Positions 1 through 10,106 are shown, counted from the first letter of the stretch. The stretch is DNA of 64,000 nt from a virus (IMGVR_UViG_3300021963_000032), one strand, 5' to 3'. The notes: generated from the letters alone by a model not told the origin. Made by a program: numbers and translations.

Positions 1-2
1 AA

Positions 3-686
3 GGAGCTAGAAAAGAGCAACTAGTAAAGTTGTACAAAGACCACGAAGAGCGTTTAATGTTAATGCCAGCTAGTGGTAACATTAATTATCACAACTGCTT
101 TCCAGGCGGTTATGTAGATCATGTTATTCGAGTTATCGACATGGCTATCGTGGTAAACGAGATGTGGAACTCGTATGGTGCTAATATGAATCATACAGTG
201 GAAGAGCTTGTGTTTGCAGCACTTAATCATGATTTAGGTAAGATTGGTACAGAAGAATCTGAGCAATATATCCCTAACCCATCTGAGTGGCATAGAAAGA
301 ATCAAGGAAAGATTTACACCAATAACCCAGCAAATTCATTTATGACAGTACCTGATAGAAGCTTGAAGTTGTTAGCTGATAGAGGTATTCTTGTTTCTGA
401 AAATGAGTGGTTTGGTATCAAGTTGCATGACGGTATGTATGAAGAAGCTAACAAGCCGTACTACGTTAACTACAATCCAGAAAGTTCATTACGAACTAAC
501 TTACCTTACATTCTGCACCAAGCAGATATGATGGCTTCGAAGGTGGAGAAAGACTTAATGGCTAAAACACCACAAGCTCCAAAGACAAGCGTTAAACCAA
601 CAAAAAGATCTGTTAGCATTCCAGAGAATCTTTCTCAAGATCAAAAGGATGATTTAATGGGTGTATTTGGTAAACTATTTGAATAA
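3..686 (+). CDS. HD-domain phosphohydrolase, 5'-truncated by the window edge
   Basis: Motifs YVDHV, LNHDLGKIG, IKLHDG, QADMM. The frame is open from position 3, so the true start lies upstream of the window (ORF track starts at TTG 30). Confidence 0.8.
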   Translation, partial: GARKEQLVKLYKDHEERLMLMPASGNINYHNCFPGGYVDHVIRVIDMAIVVNEMWNSYGANMNHTVEELVFAALNHDLGKIGTEESEQYIPNPSEWHRKNQGKIYTNNPANSFMTVPDRSLKLLADRGILVSENEWFGIKLHDGMYEEANKPYYVNYNPESSLRTNLPYILHQADMMASKVEKDLMAKTPQAPKTSVKPTKRSVSIPENLSQDQKDDLMGVFGKLFE

Positions 687-1000
687 TGGGAATTATACTG
701 ACTATATCAATTCTAGGCAACTTGCTGTTAGCTTACCTTGTGTATGCTAACTGGAAGAAGTCAGAAAGAGCAGCTGAGTACTGCGAAGCTTATGTTCGAT
801 TTATTTCTGTACTATTTATGCGATTCACTGAGACTCGTAATAAATTAGAAGAAGTAGATCGTCTAGGAGCGTTTAAAGCCGACGATGAAGTTGGTTTTGT
901 ATTTAAGGATATCGATGAGTCAATAGATGACTTGTATCAATTTATAACAAAATATGTCAACACAGCAGAAGATAAAGAAAACGAGAAAACCGAAAACTAA
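686..1000 (+). CDS. Hypothetical protein with N-terminal membrane anchor
   Basis: Hydrophobic N-terminus MGIILTISILGNLLLAYLVYA; translationally coupled to the upstream gene (TAATG). Confidence 0.6.
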   Translation: MGIILTISILGNLLLAYLVYANWKKSERAAEYCEAYVRFISVLFMRFTETRNKLEEVDRLGAFKADDEVGFVFKDIDESIDDLYQFITKYVNTAEDKENEKTEN

Positions 1001-1685
1001 AAGAATGTACTTCGGTCCGGATGTTGACTTAGAAATAGTAAGATACAACCAGACTGAAGATGCATTTGAAAGAAGTAGGATATACCAAAAGGGTATTCAA
1101 CCGGCATTTGAGAAGTTAGTTGAAAACATCATTCACACATTCAAGTTCTACTATACTGGAGATCAAACAATGCAACAAATGCAACACGAAGTTGTAAGTT
1201 TCTTAGTTGAGAAGCTACCAAGATTTCAGCAAGCAAACGGAAAAGCATTTAGTTATTTCAGTATTGTAGCTAAGAACTTTTGTATACTTAAAAATAAAAA
1301 CAACTACAAAAAGCTACTAAGCCATGATCGTTTAGATGTAGGAAGTGATCTTGTAATGGGAACAACCTACTTAGAAAATGAAGATAGAGAGTTGCAGTTG
1401 AGACAGTTTGTTGACAAGTATGTTGAGTATTGGGATGAAAAAATTGAAGAGGTTTTTTCAAAACAAAGCGATAAGGTTTTAGGTTATGCAATATTGCATT
1501 TATTTAAAACTAGAGACTCGATTGAGTTGTTCAACAAAAAAGCACTTTACATTTACGTTAGAGAAATGTCAGATGCAAACACACAGCAGATTACTAGAAT
1601 GGTTAAGTTCTTGAAGGACAAGTATCGAGTAATGTACAACGATTACCTAGAGTATGGTTACATACCTAAAGACAAAGTTTATTAA
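954..1685 (+). CDS. T4 gp55-like late-transcription sigma factor
   Basis: Sigma-70 region-2-like segment FEKLVENIIHTFKF...KLPRF...KAFSYFSIVAKNFCI resembles the gp55 pattern; located beside late structural genes. Confidence 0.65.
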   Translation: MSTQQKIKKTRKPKTKRMYFGPDVDLEIVRYNQTEDAFERSRIYQKGIQPAFEKLVENIIHTFKFYYTGDQTMQQMQHEVVSFLVEKLPRFQQANGKAFSYFSIVAKNFCILKNKNNYKKLLSHDRLDVGSDLVMGTTYLENEDRELQLRQFVDKYVEYWDEKIEEVFSKQSDKVLGYAILHLFKTRDSIELFNKKALYIYVREMSDANTQQITRMVKFLKDKYRVMYNDYLEYGYIPKDKVY

Positions 1686-1930
1686 TGCTAATAGCAATAA
1701 ATAAAGAAGATTTAATCTCCACGTTAGAGACCCAAATTAAAAATTGGGAAGAGATAGGTGGAGGTGCAAATTACGAGGCATATGAGTTTGATCCTAAGAA
1801 AGTCGGTAAGCAAGAGCTTATCGACTTAGGTTTTTATGAGAACCGTGACTCGTGGATAGCAGGAGTTCAAATTAAGAAGCTTAAGGACTACCTTAACGAA
1901 ATAAAACAAACTCCAGGAATAAGGATTTAG
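1685..1930 (+). CDS. Hypothetical protein
   Basis: 81-aa ORF coupled to the sigma gene by TAATG overlap. Confidence 0.5.
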   Translation: MLIAINKEDLISTLETQIKNWEEIGGGANYEAYEFDPKKVGKQELIDLGFYENRDSWIAGVQIKKLKDYLNEIKQTPGIRI

Positions 1931-1949
1931 TACTATTTTTGTTTCCTGC

Positions 1950-1957
1950 TATTTATA
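1950..1957 (+). promoter_or_regulatory. Putative late promoter TATTTATA
   Basis: Recurrent octamer, 14 nt before ATG 1972. Confidence 0.65.
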
Positions 1958-1971
1958 TAAAAGCAAAACAA

Positions 1972-2313
1972 ATGGATAAAGATAGTCTACTGTTTGGTGA
2001 TAAGACATTCTCAGATTTACTGCAAGATGTTTACACAAACTCAAAAAAGAAAGAAACCCAAATTAATGGGTTGATTGATCAGTTGAAACCAATGATCAAA
2101 AGTATGACTGATGCCTCGGTTATGGTTCCTTTGGTAAAGGAGTATTTAGAGGTTTCAGTAAAGAATGATGACAACTTAGTTAAGTTGACAGCAATTATCC
2201 AAAGACTATTAATTAGTACTTCGAAGACTCCAACGGAAGGAGAATTTGGTTTATCTGAAGCAGAGCGTGCACAGTTAATGTCGGAAGCTCAAGAACTAAT
2301 AGACAAAGCATAA
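1972..2313 (+). CDS. Conserved-looking helical phage protein, function unknown
   Basis: Start moved from TTG 1939 to ATG 1972, which follows the promoter motif. Helical protein (FSDLLQDVYTNSKKKETQI...VSVKNDDNLVKL). Confidence 0.6.
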   Translation: MDKDSLLFGDKTFSDLLQDVYTNSKKKETQINGLIDQLKPMIKSMTDASVMVPLVKEYLEVSVKNDDNLVKLTAIIQRLLISTSKTPTEGEFGLSEAERAQLMSEAQELIDKA

Positions 2314-2315
2314 CT

Positions 2316-3431
2316 ATGGGAATGTTTGATTTGTTCCAAGGTCCTTATGGTCAGAATCCGGTACAACCTGGATTACAAAAGCAGCGAATAGTTCCTGCCC
2401 ATGTGATCGACGTATGTATGGATAAGAACTCGTCGATGTATGAGAATCCGGCTGACATTGGTAAGATCAAATATCGAGATGTAGGAAATATTTCACCATT
2501 CAAGAGTAAGGTGGAGGATGAGGTTATAGCTGTTGCATGGCCGATGGATAGAGCATTAGGTAGATATCCGTTACCAGGAGAGCAGGTGATGGTGTTTGAG
2601 GCTTTTGGTGATGTTAAGTTACCACAAGCTGATTCATTACAGCGAATAGCTTTCTATGCATTTAATGTGAATACGAATCACATTATAACCTCAAATCAAA
2701 CTCCATTCATTGTTTCTAATTCAGATTTAGTTTCTAAGAAACCAGTTGGAGCCTCTGTAGCACAAAAGCGTTTCGAAAAGAAACTAGCAGAACCAAAGGA
2801 GTATAGAGATGGTAGTGATATAAAAATATATCCACAAATTCAACCATACGAGGGTGACTTTATCTTGCAAGGTCGCTTTGGAAACAGCATTCGATTAGGA
2901 TCAACAGCTCCTAAGATTGAAGGTAAAAGAGATAAGGGCAACGAAGCATTACCATGGAAAAGCTATGGTCTTCCTGGTGATCCAATAATGTCGCTGCGAG
3001 TTAATAGTGAGTATGTAACGGACCCGGAAGAGATGTATGTAGTTGAAGATCCAACAAAAGATCAAGGATCTATATACTTGTGTTCTACTCAAAATATAGA
3101 GTTAAAGTTGCAAATTCCTAAACGAATGAAAACGTGGGAAGAAGTTTATACAGTAACAGCTGGTTCAGATCAAAAGGATGGTCAAATTAAATCGACTAGT
3201 AAATTGTATGAGCAAGTTTACTCCAAAGTTGTTGAGATGGACAAAGATGTTCATACTCAAATGGCTCCACAAGGTCCAGGACCAGCAGAGAATGCAAGTG
3301 CAGATGCAAACGCTGTGGATCAAAACCCACCAAGCTTGAGCAGTATCTCAGAAGAGGATCAGGGAGTAGATACACAAGGTAGTACTGAAGTAGTACAGAC
3401 ACAAGACGCCGACACAGGAGGTTTAGATTAA
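2316..3431 (+). CDS. Baseplate hub/spike protein, gp5 N-terminal (OB-fold)-like part
   Basis: YPLPGEQVMVF resembles the gp5/VgrG OB-fold motif; also QPYEGDFILQGRFGNSIRLGST; lies upstream of gp25 and gp6. Confidence 0.55.
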   Translation: MGMFDLFQGPYGQNPVQPGLQKQRIVPAHVIDVCMDKNSSMYENPADIGKIKYRDVGNISPFKSKVEDEVIAVAWPMDRALGRYPLPGEQVMVFEAFGDVKLPQADSLQRIAFYAFNVNTNHIITSNQTPFIVSNSDLVSKKPVGASVAQKRFEKKLAEPKEYRDGSDIKIYPQIQPYEGDFILQGRFGNSIRLGSTAPKIEGKRDKGNEALPWKSYGLPGDPIMSLRVNSEYVTDPEEMYVVEDPTKDQGSIYLCSTQNIELKLQIPKRMKTWEEVYTVTAGSDQKDGQIKSTSKLYEQVYSKVVEMDKDVHTQMAPQGPGPAENASADANAVDQNPPSLSSISEEDQGVDTQGSTEVVQTQDADTGGLD

Positions 3432-3441
3432 ATTAAAGTAA

Positions 3442-4413
3442 ATGTCATATACAACACCACCATCAATTGAAAGTGGCTTTGCAGCAAAGTGCAAAGAGAT
3501 AGCAGATGCTGTAGATAAAAACTACGAAAAGATTGTAAAGAGTTTCGTTGAGAATGCAGTTAAAGGAGCAGGAGTTGAACCAAAAGTTCGAGTAAGTACT
3601 CTAATGAAGTTGGCTGAAGGTTTCCTTATTCCTCAAGTTCAAAAGTTTGAGGGTGGTTGGGGAGATCATCCAAATGACTCCGGAGGTCCAACAATGCGTG
3701 GAGTAATTTCATCTACATTTCAAGGTAACTACGATAAGCTATTTATTGAAGCAACTGCACGTGCAGGTCTAAATGAAATATCAATTAAAGCAAAAGCACT
3801 AAAGGCAGCATACCCAAATGTCGCAGGTGGAGATGCACGAGGTGAGCACGTCAAAGGTGCTTTATACACGTTCAACTCTAGTCACAAAGTAGCTTCTTTA
3901 TTTATATGGAGTGGTTTGTGTTCATCCTATAATGGATATCCCATTGTAGTAATGGGAGAGGATGCATGGCTAGGATACATTCAGTTTGAGATGACATGGG
4001 GTGGTGGTCCTGGTTCTGTATTTGGAAGTAGCAACAAAGCTTCCTTCGATGGAGTTGCAGTAAAGCAGTATGGTAAAAAGGGAATGGGAACAAATGGATG
4101 GTGCAAGTGGTTATCTGAAGATTTAGGAGCTAGTAAGATTCCAGAATTTACAGTATCATGTTTTGCATCACAAGTGAACTTTTATGATCGAATCAGTAAA
4201 CCAGGTAACAAGAATAACGTATTCCGAAAAGGTTGGTTCAATCGATTAATAAATTGGCCAACATCGGATTTGAAAATGTGCATCATTATAAATGAGATAT
4301 ACAATAAGAATACAACGGGTATGTTTGAGTTCAATGATAAAGAAAAAGAGTTTCTGACACAGAAAGCTAAGATATACGAATCACTAACAATAAACTATCC
4401 TACTGGAGGTTAA
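3442..4413 (+). CDS. GH108-family muramidase with C-terminal peptidoglycan-binding-like motif
   Basis: FEGGWGDHPNDSGGPTMRGV matches the GH108 EGG...DPGG.T..G motif; C-terminal VFRKGWFNRL. Confidence 0.75.
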   Translation: MSYTTPPSIESGFAAKCKEIADAVDKNYEKIVKSFVENAVKGAGVEPKVRVSTLMKLAEGFLIPQVQKFEGGWGDHPNDSGGPTMRGVISSTFQGNYDKLFIEATARAGLNEISIKAKALKAAYPNVAGGDARGEHVKGALYTFNSSHKVASLFIWSGLCSSYNGYPIVVMGEDAWLGYIQFEMTWGGGPGSVFGSSNKASFDGVAVKQYGKKGMGTNGWCKWLSEDLGASKIPEFTVSCFASQVNFYDRISKPGNKNNVFRKGWFNRLINWPTSDLKMCIIINEIYNKNTTGMFEFNDKEKEFLTQKAKIYESLTINYPTGG

Positions 4414-4422
4414 AAATAAGAT

Positions 4423-5397
4423 ATGCCACAATTAACGTATGCAGAGGTACTTGAGAAAGTAAAGTCGGAAGGAGGCTTAGAAGCTGCCCTAAAAGGGACG
4501 TCGGCTGCAGGATCTGGTTTTGGAGGTGAAGCATCAGGTAGTGGAGGATTTAATCCACAAGACCTCGTTGGAAGAAGTATTGAGATAGAAGTACAGCAGC
4601 TTCCAGTCATAGACTTCCCAATGGAAGATTTATCTTATTCGCAGGGAGTAAGTAAGAAAGAGGGAGGAGGAGCAGATGCGGTCAAAAAGCAATTGTCAAT
4701 TAAGACGGGAGGAGCTGATGGATTGTTTATCAACAACTTTGCAAAAAAGACCGGACAAATTGTAATTAATAGTAGTCGTGTTTTGATAAACGCAGACAAG
4801 GATTATCTAATGCTTTTTGGAAAGAATGTAGCAATAGCTTCTACCGGACCAGTAAATGTAGATAGTGGCGATTCGGTAACGTTGTTTGGTGAAAGAGGTT
4901 TATTCTTGGGTGTTCCTAATAAAGGAGAACCATACGATGCAAATACACCACCGCCACCAAAAGCAAAGTCAGATCCTATTCCAAACCAGGCTTACGAGCC
5001 ATTAGTGTTAGGAACAAAACTAGCAGAGCTTTTGGATGATATGTTGGTAATTCTAAAGAACGCTAACATTATTACACCAATAGGAAAGGCTTACTTTCTT
5101 GAAGATACGCAATATGAGTTAGCATGTTTACAATCTCGTATTCCGGAACTACTAAGCACCTTTGCTTATGTAGATGGAGTAAGTCATCAACAAACAATCA
5201 AACCTGCACCAGTAGCTCCAGAAAAAGTAACACCATACCCAACTAAGTTGATTGGTACAATTACAGCAATTGGAGATTCAACACTAAGCAATGCAACAAA
5301 TAATCCACCACCAACGAATCCTATATCATCACCACTAAAAGATGCTCCAGGATTCTACGAGTCGGTAGACAACTTATATATTATACCAGGAATTTAA
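4423..5397 (+). CDS. Baseplate spike, gp5 C-terminal beta-helix-like part
   Basis: Beta-strand repeats QIVINSSRVLINADKDYLMLFGKNVAIASTGPVNVDS...LFLG, followed by EPLVLGTKLAELL. Confidence 0.5.
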   Translation: MPQLTYAEVLEKVKSEGGLEAALKGTSAAGSGFGGEASGSGGFNPQDLVGRSIEIEVQQLPVIDFPMEDLSYSQGVSKKEGGGADAVKKQLSIKTGGADGLFINNFAKKTGQIVINSSRVLINADKDYLMLFGKNVAIASTGPVNVDSGDSVTLFGERGLFLGVPNKGEPYDANTPPPPKAKSDPIPNQAYEPLVLGTKLAELLDDMLVILKNANIITPIGKAYFLEDTQYELACLQSRIPELLSTFAYVDGVSHQQTIKPAPVAPEKVTPYPTKLIGTITAIGDSTLSNATNNPPPTNPISSPLKDAPGFYESVDNLYIIPGI

Positions 5398-5398
5398 T

Positions 5399-6853
5399 AT
5401 GGCAAACTTAAACGGCAAATTAGGACAAGTACCGGGCGGAACAGCTGTAATAGACAAAGAAGTGTACGCACTCTTTGTGTTGATGACTGATGCACTAAAA
5501 CGTGATAAAGGTGTCGAGTTAAAAGCGTTACAAAGTTATTTATCAAAATACGAAATTACAGATGAGCTAAGGTTAACTGTAAAGAACAAGAAAGGCAACT
5601 CTGCTGAAATGGCAGCGATGCTAGATCCAAAGGTTAAGATGGAAGACATATTGGGTATCAAACCAGCGTCTGCAGCTCCAACTGGATCAACAACTCCAAC
5701 TGGTTCGATAAGTGGATCAACACCACCACCCGCACCAACTGGATCAACATTCCCAGCAGACTCCTATCCTAAGCTTGAAAAATACATTGGTGGATTGAGA
5801 CGATCTGACTTCGACCCACCTCTATATAATGAATACAAAAGTCCGGAGGAAGATTTCAACGTGTTTCCTTTTCCTAACTTTGTAGGTTCTGATCCTAGAC
5901 AAACTGGAAAGTTGGTAGTGCTAGGACCAAAGGAAAACATTAAACCTGATATCTTAACGTGGATTTACAACAACAGCATTCTGTACGGATTTGTTCCATA
6001 TGGCAATCCACAAACACAAGGATTATTTTATGTAGGTGTAGAGCAGTTAAAGAAGAAAGTAAAAACAGAAGAGAGTGTTATTAAGGTAGTTTCGATCTTT
6101 ATGCAAGAGCAGTTATCAGCAGACATCGTAACAGTGACTACTGAAAAGGTATTAACAAATAGCCTTACTGGAGGAACGGAGTTCCAAAATCCTGGAACAT
6201 TTGATTACGCTGTAGATAAGGTTTTAGACAATGATAAAAAGGCAATTCAGTTAGTAGTGATTCCTGGTGAAGGAACACACTTAGTGAGAGAAGATGTTGC
6301 TACTGCTTACTTTGCAATGAGAGAAGCTGCCAAGAAGGATGGAGTCACTGTACAAATAACGTCAGCATTTAGACCACCATTTAAACTAGAAGGTGCAGTA
6401 GTAACGAAGAGCGGAAAGAAATTAACACCGACATCACAATATGCAATTAGGAAAGAGCGAGCTCCAGGTAAAGGAGAGGACTTTTGGTTGCATGCAAAAT
6501 CTAGCGCATACGATGCTGCAGTAGCACCTCCAGGATCTTCAAACCACGGATCAGGTATTGCACTCGATCTCAACACGGGAGGATATCCACACTACCCAGG
6601 AAACGCATTGACTGCGGGAGGGAAGGTTTATGAGTGGTTAGCTAAAAATGCACACCGATATGGATTCATAAGAGGAGTGAGCACAGAAGCTTGGCACTGG
6701 GAATACTATCCACCAAACAAACCTGGTAAGAGTGGTCAAACTAGTAAGACTGGACCATATACTATGGTTGCAAAATCATCAGCAACATGGGGAGCTTATA
6801 ATAACGTTGACTGGAAAGCGACTGGAGACTTTGCAGGAACAATAACAGCATAA
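5399..6853 (+). CDS. M15B (VanY-like) Zn peptidoglycan peptidase with a degenerate N-terminal duplicate domain
   Basis: Motifs ITSAFR, APPGSSNHGSGIALDL, YEWLAKNAHRYGF, EAWHWEY. Confidence 0.85.
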   Translation: MANLNGKLGQVPGGTAVIDKEVYALFVLMTDALKRDKGVELKALQSYLSKYEITDELRLTVKNKKGNSAEMAAMLDPKVKMEDILGIKPASAAPTGSTTPTGSISGSTPPPAPTGSTFPADSYPKLEKYIGGLRRSDFDPPLYNEYKSPEEDFNVFPFPNFVGSDPRQTGKLVVLGPKENIKPDILTWIYNNSILYGFVPYGNPQTQGLFYVGVEQLKKKVKTEESVIKVVSIFMQEQLSADIVTVTTEKVLTNSLTGGTEFQNPGTFDYAVDKVLDNDKKAIQLVVIPGEGTHLVREDVATAYFAMREAAKKDGVTVQITSAFRPPFKLEGAVVTKSGKKLTPTSQYAIRKERAPGKGEDFWLHAKSSAYDAAVAPPGSSNHGSGIALDLNTGGYPHYPGNALTAGGKVYEWLAKNAHRYGFIRGVSTEAWHWEYYPPNKPGKSGQTSKTGPYTMVAKSSATWGAYNNVDWKATGDFAGTITA

Positions 6854-6855
6854 CG

Positions 6856-9800
6856 ATGGCGTTAAACTTTGAAGAAAAATTCACAAAACCATTAGCAGCA
6901 GACCTTACTCAAGGAAGAGTCAAGGGAGCTGAGGATTTTGCTAGTGTGATTGTGAAGTACTATATTGATACAGTTACGGATGGAATGCCAGTTGGTGTTC
7001 CACCCACACTTCCTGCTCCAGGATTAAACCCAACAGCACCACCACCCTTTACAATAGGTGTATCTGGTATAAAAGTTAACCCAGCTAGTAAGCAAGCTAT
7101 GTATGAGATACTAAAGGCATACTTTATGGCTAAGGATATAGATACAACTAAGATGGCTATAAACGGCCTTAAAGATTCTATTACTCAAACAGTCAATAGA
7201 CTAAATCAAAAAAAGCAAGAGATAAAGGATATTGCTACCCAAATAAGACAAGCATCTGTTGAGATTAAAAATGTACCAAAGTATATCGAAGAGGTAGTTG
7301 AGGGTGTAAAAGAAATTATAGGTGAAGAAAAGGTCAAGATCAAAAACTTACAGCAACTTTTTGCAAACCTAAAAGAGGAGTCAAAGTCGCTAGGAGTTAA
7401 CGAAGACCAGTTTAAGTCTATCTTTTCACAAGAGTTGCGATTGATTGAATCGTTGCAAAATTTTGAGGTTAAAAGCTTTGATGACTTTGCTAAGATTCCG
7501 CAACTTATAAGAACGTCAAAACAGACAATTTTTCAACTACAAAGTCAATCCAGATTTACACAAACGACAACTGAAGGCTTAACTAAGTACGATGATGTGA
7601 AGCAGTATGCTTTAGATAAAATAGCAGAAGTAGCTTTATCTTTTGAGGAATTGTCTAAGATTGTTTTAGAGCCACCGACGTTTATAACATACGTAGAGAG
7701 ATTAGCAAAAAAGAATCCTAAAGCAGCTAGGTTGTATCGTGGACTTACTAAACTAGATGCAGTTGAAAGATTCGTCAGACCACAAATAGAAAAGTTGCAG
7801 GTTGAGATGGATATTAGGAAAAGAGAAATACAACAATACATTCAACCGAAGATAGATTTAATTAAACAAAAGTTAGAAGATAAGGTTACTGAGTTGTCGG
7901 TAAAAGCTGACAATAGTATGAAACTGCGTCTATACAGTAAAGCTAAGGATCGAGTAAAGGATTTCAAAGAAAATCACGCAGAACATATTAAGCAGAAGAA
8001 GTTGGAGTTGGAAACAATTCAAAAAGCAATTGAGAAGGCTAACAACTTAATGAAGAAGGTAAAGCTCCTTCAGGAGGATTTGGTAGGTGAATTTGATACA
8101 ATTAAAAACGAACTAGTTTTGCTTAAGCAAGACGCAACAGCCAGTGTTTTAAAATACAAAAACCTATCAAAGGAAGCGAAAAAACAATTAGCTGATCGAG
8201 CAGCTCAACCATTGATACCTACTAATGTAGATGTAATTACGCCAACAGATCCAACACAGCCACCGCTAGCTTCGACAAGCAATCCTCAAGAGTTTGTAAA
8301 GGGGTACGAGAGACGTATAGATAGTACTGCCGATCTTGAGAGAACAAGAGAGTTAAGAAGGAATGCACTAAAGAATCAACAAGCACCAGGACCGACACCA
8401 GAGCAGGTGTATGACTATATGAATGAGATGGGACTGGGGGACTTTGCGAACACAGTAACAAAAATCCTTGCAGATAGTAAGACAGACTTGGATACCTTTA
8501 AGCAGTTATTCCAAATAAAGAGATCACAATTCGAAAGTTATAGGTTAACAATACAAGATCTTGTGCGAGAAATCCAAGACTTACTAACGATGATTCAAGA
8601 GTTGTCTGAGTCAAAGGGTGGGACTGGAAAGACAGCAGCTTGGGCTAAGGGTAAGCTAAACTCAGTAGGTGATAAGGTTAAGCAGTCAGGAGTAGGACGA
8701 TTTGCCACAGTAGTTGGAATATCGTTAATGGAATTATTCATGGACATAGTAAACTACCTCAAACCGTATGTAGACAAAGCAATCGCTTGGGCAAAGAAAC
8801 TATTCGACAAAGTTAAGGCGTTTATTAAAAATCAGGTAGATAAATTTAACCAAGACATAGAGTCTTATTTATTAAACCTAATACCACTAAAAGGTCATCA
8901 AGCGCAGATTGTAAAAGACATTCAAGAGAAGAAAAAGATACTAGATGCAAAACGCAGAAAGGTAGAAGACATAAAAGAAAAAGCAAAATACTATCAAAAG
9001 CTAGGAACAATTATTGGAAAGATAGCTAGAGGTGGAGCAGGATTGTCAAACAATCTTATACAAAAAAAGAATTTCAAGTACCCTGCAAACGAACCACACA
9101 TTAAAAACATTGTGAACGGTATTTTTGAATACAAAGCAGAGGAATTAGGACCAGGTGGTGCAAAAAGCTTAGCAGCCGAAAAAGAGCAGTTCGAGAGTAA
9201 AATGAAAATGATTGCGTCAATAGATACAATGGTAAACGGCATGATAGTATTGCTACAAGATTTCCAGCAAAACGCAAAACGAGGACTGAAAGCTGATATT
9301 GATGGCTTCACTTTGGCATTACAGCAATCGTCTTCACCATATGCCGCAGCTTGGAATCAACTAGCCAACATACTTAATACACCAGTGAAAGATAAAGATG
9401 GATTAACAAAAGCTATAATATCACTAGTAAGAAGTACAGAAGCTATTCAAGAAATTGCACATGCATTACAGAGTACAGAAATTATAGGATTCTTAACTAG
9501 TTTGGAGACTAAGTATTTAGGAAAGGCGAGACAAGCGCTAAGAAGTTATGCAGAAACACCACTAGGAGCTAATACAAAACACCAAGCTTTATTAAAGGAG
9601 TGGCTCGATGTCTTAGATAAAAAGCAGTCTTTGGTTTCGTTTTTTGTAACTAAGCTAGCAGAGGTTACGGATGAGTTTTTCTTATTCTTAAACAAGCAAG
9701 TGAATGCCTTTATCGACAAGCAGAAGGCTATGATTAAAGTGCAATTGGAAAAGTGGAAAGCAAACCACGAAGTGGAGTTAGACAGAATAAAAGAAAGGGT

Positions 9801-10077
9801 TATTAATACTGAGGCAGTATTCATGTCTGTAGCATTGGATCTAGCTGCACGAGCTTTCTGGACTGGAGCAACGTGGCAGGGTAATACTGGAACAACACAC
9901 CTATCACTAAGCATTGGTGTATTTAAAAAGATAAAAGCATTACCGCAAGATGGTGTAGTTAGTATGGTAGATGAGATTGCACAGAGTTTTGAGTTGCAGT
10001 TGAAAGCGATGACTGGATTAGTAACGCCACCACCAAATACAGCAATACCTCCTATACCATTTCAAGGCTACATCTAA
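6856..10077 (+). CDS. Large alpha-helical/coiled-coil baseplate-region protein (tape-measure candidate)
   Basis: 1073 aa, K/E/Q/L-rich and helical with Pro-rich ends; between spike genes and gp25. Confidence 0.4.
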   Translation: MALNFEEKFTKPLAADLTQGRVKGAEDFASVIVKYYIDTVTDGMPVGVPPTLPAPGLNPTAPPPFTIGVSGIKVNPASKQAMYEILKAYFMAKDIDTTKMAINGLKDSITQTVNRLNQKKQEIKDIATQIRQASVEIKNVPKYIEEVVEGVKEIIGEEKVKIKNLQQLFANLKEESKSLGVNEDQFKSIFSQELRLIESLQNFEVKSFDDFAKIPQLIRTSKQTIFQLQSQSRFTQTTTEGLTKYDDVKQYALDKIAEVALSFEELSKIVLEPPTFITYVERLAKKNPKAARLYRGLTKLDAVERFVRPQIEKLQVEMDIRKREIQQYIQPKIDLIKQKLEDKVTELSVKADNSMKLRLYSKAKDRVKDFKENHAEHIKQKKLELETIQKAIEKANNLMKKVKLLQEDLVGEFDTIKNELVLLKQDATASVLKYKNLSKEAKKQLADRAAQPLIPTNVDVITPTDPTQPPLASTSNPQEFVKGYERRIDSTADLERTRELRRNALKNQQAPGPTPEQVYDYMNEMGLGDFANTVTKILADSKTDLDTFKQLFQIKRSQFESYRLTIQDLVREIQDLLTMIQELSESKGGTGKTAAWAKGKLNSVGDKVKQSGVGRFATVVGISLMELFMDIVNYLKPYVDKAIAWAKKLFDKVKAFIKNQVDKFNQDIESYLLNLIPLKGHQAQIVKDIQEKKKILDAKRRKVEDIKEKAKYYQKLGTIIGKIARGGAGLSNNLIQKKNFKYPANEPHIKNIVNGIFEYKAEELGPGGAKSLAAEKEQFESKMKMIASIDTMVNGMIVLLQDFQQNAKRGLKADIDGFTLALQQSSSPYAAAWNQLANILNTPVKDKDGLTKAIISLVRSTEAIQEIAHALQSTEIIGFLTSLETKYLGKARQALRSYAETPLGANTKHQALLKEWLDVLDKKQSLVSFFVTKLAEVTDEFFLFLNKQVNAFIDKQKAMIKVQLEKWKANHEVELDRIKERVINTEAVFMSVALDLAARAFWTGATWQGNTGTTHLSLSIGVFKKIKALPQDGVVSMVDEIAQSFELQLKAMTGLVTPPPNTAIPPIPFQGYI

Positions 10078-10086
10078 AAAGGTAAC

Positions 10087-10094
10087 TATTTATA
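10087..10094 (+). promoter_or_regulatory. Putative late promoter TATTTATA
   Basis: Intergenic; 12 nt before ATG 10107. Confidence 0.65.
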
Positions 10095-10106
10095 TATAAA
10101 AACAAC

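Noticed and set aside
3431-4423. Programmed readthrough or frameshift joining the gp5-like pieces
   Set aside because: There are two in-frame TAA codons before 4423, each ORF has its own ATG, and no obvious slippery site was seen at 3431-3442.
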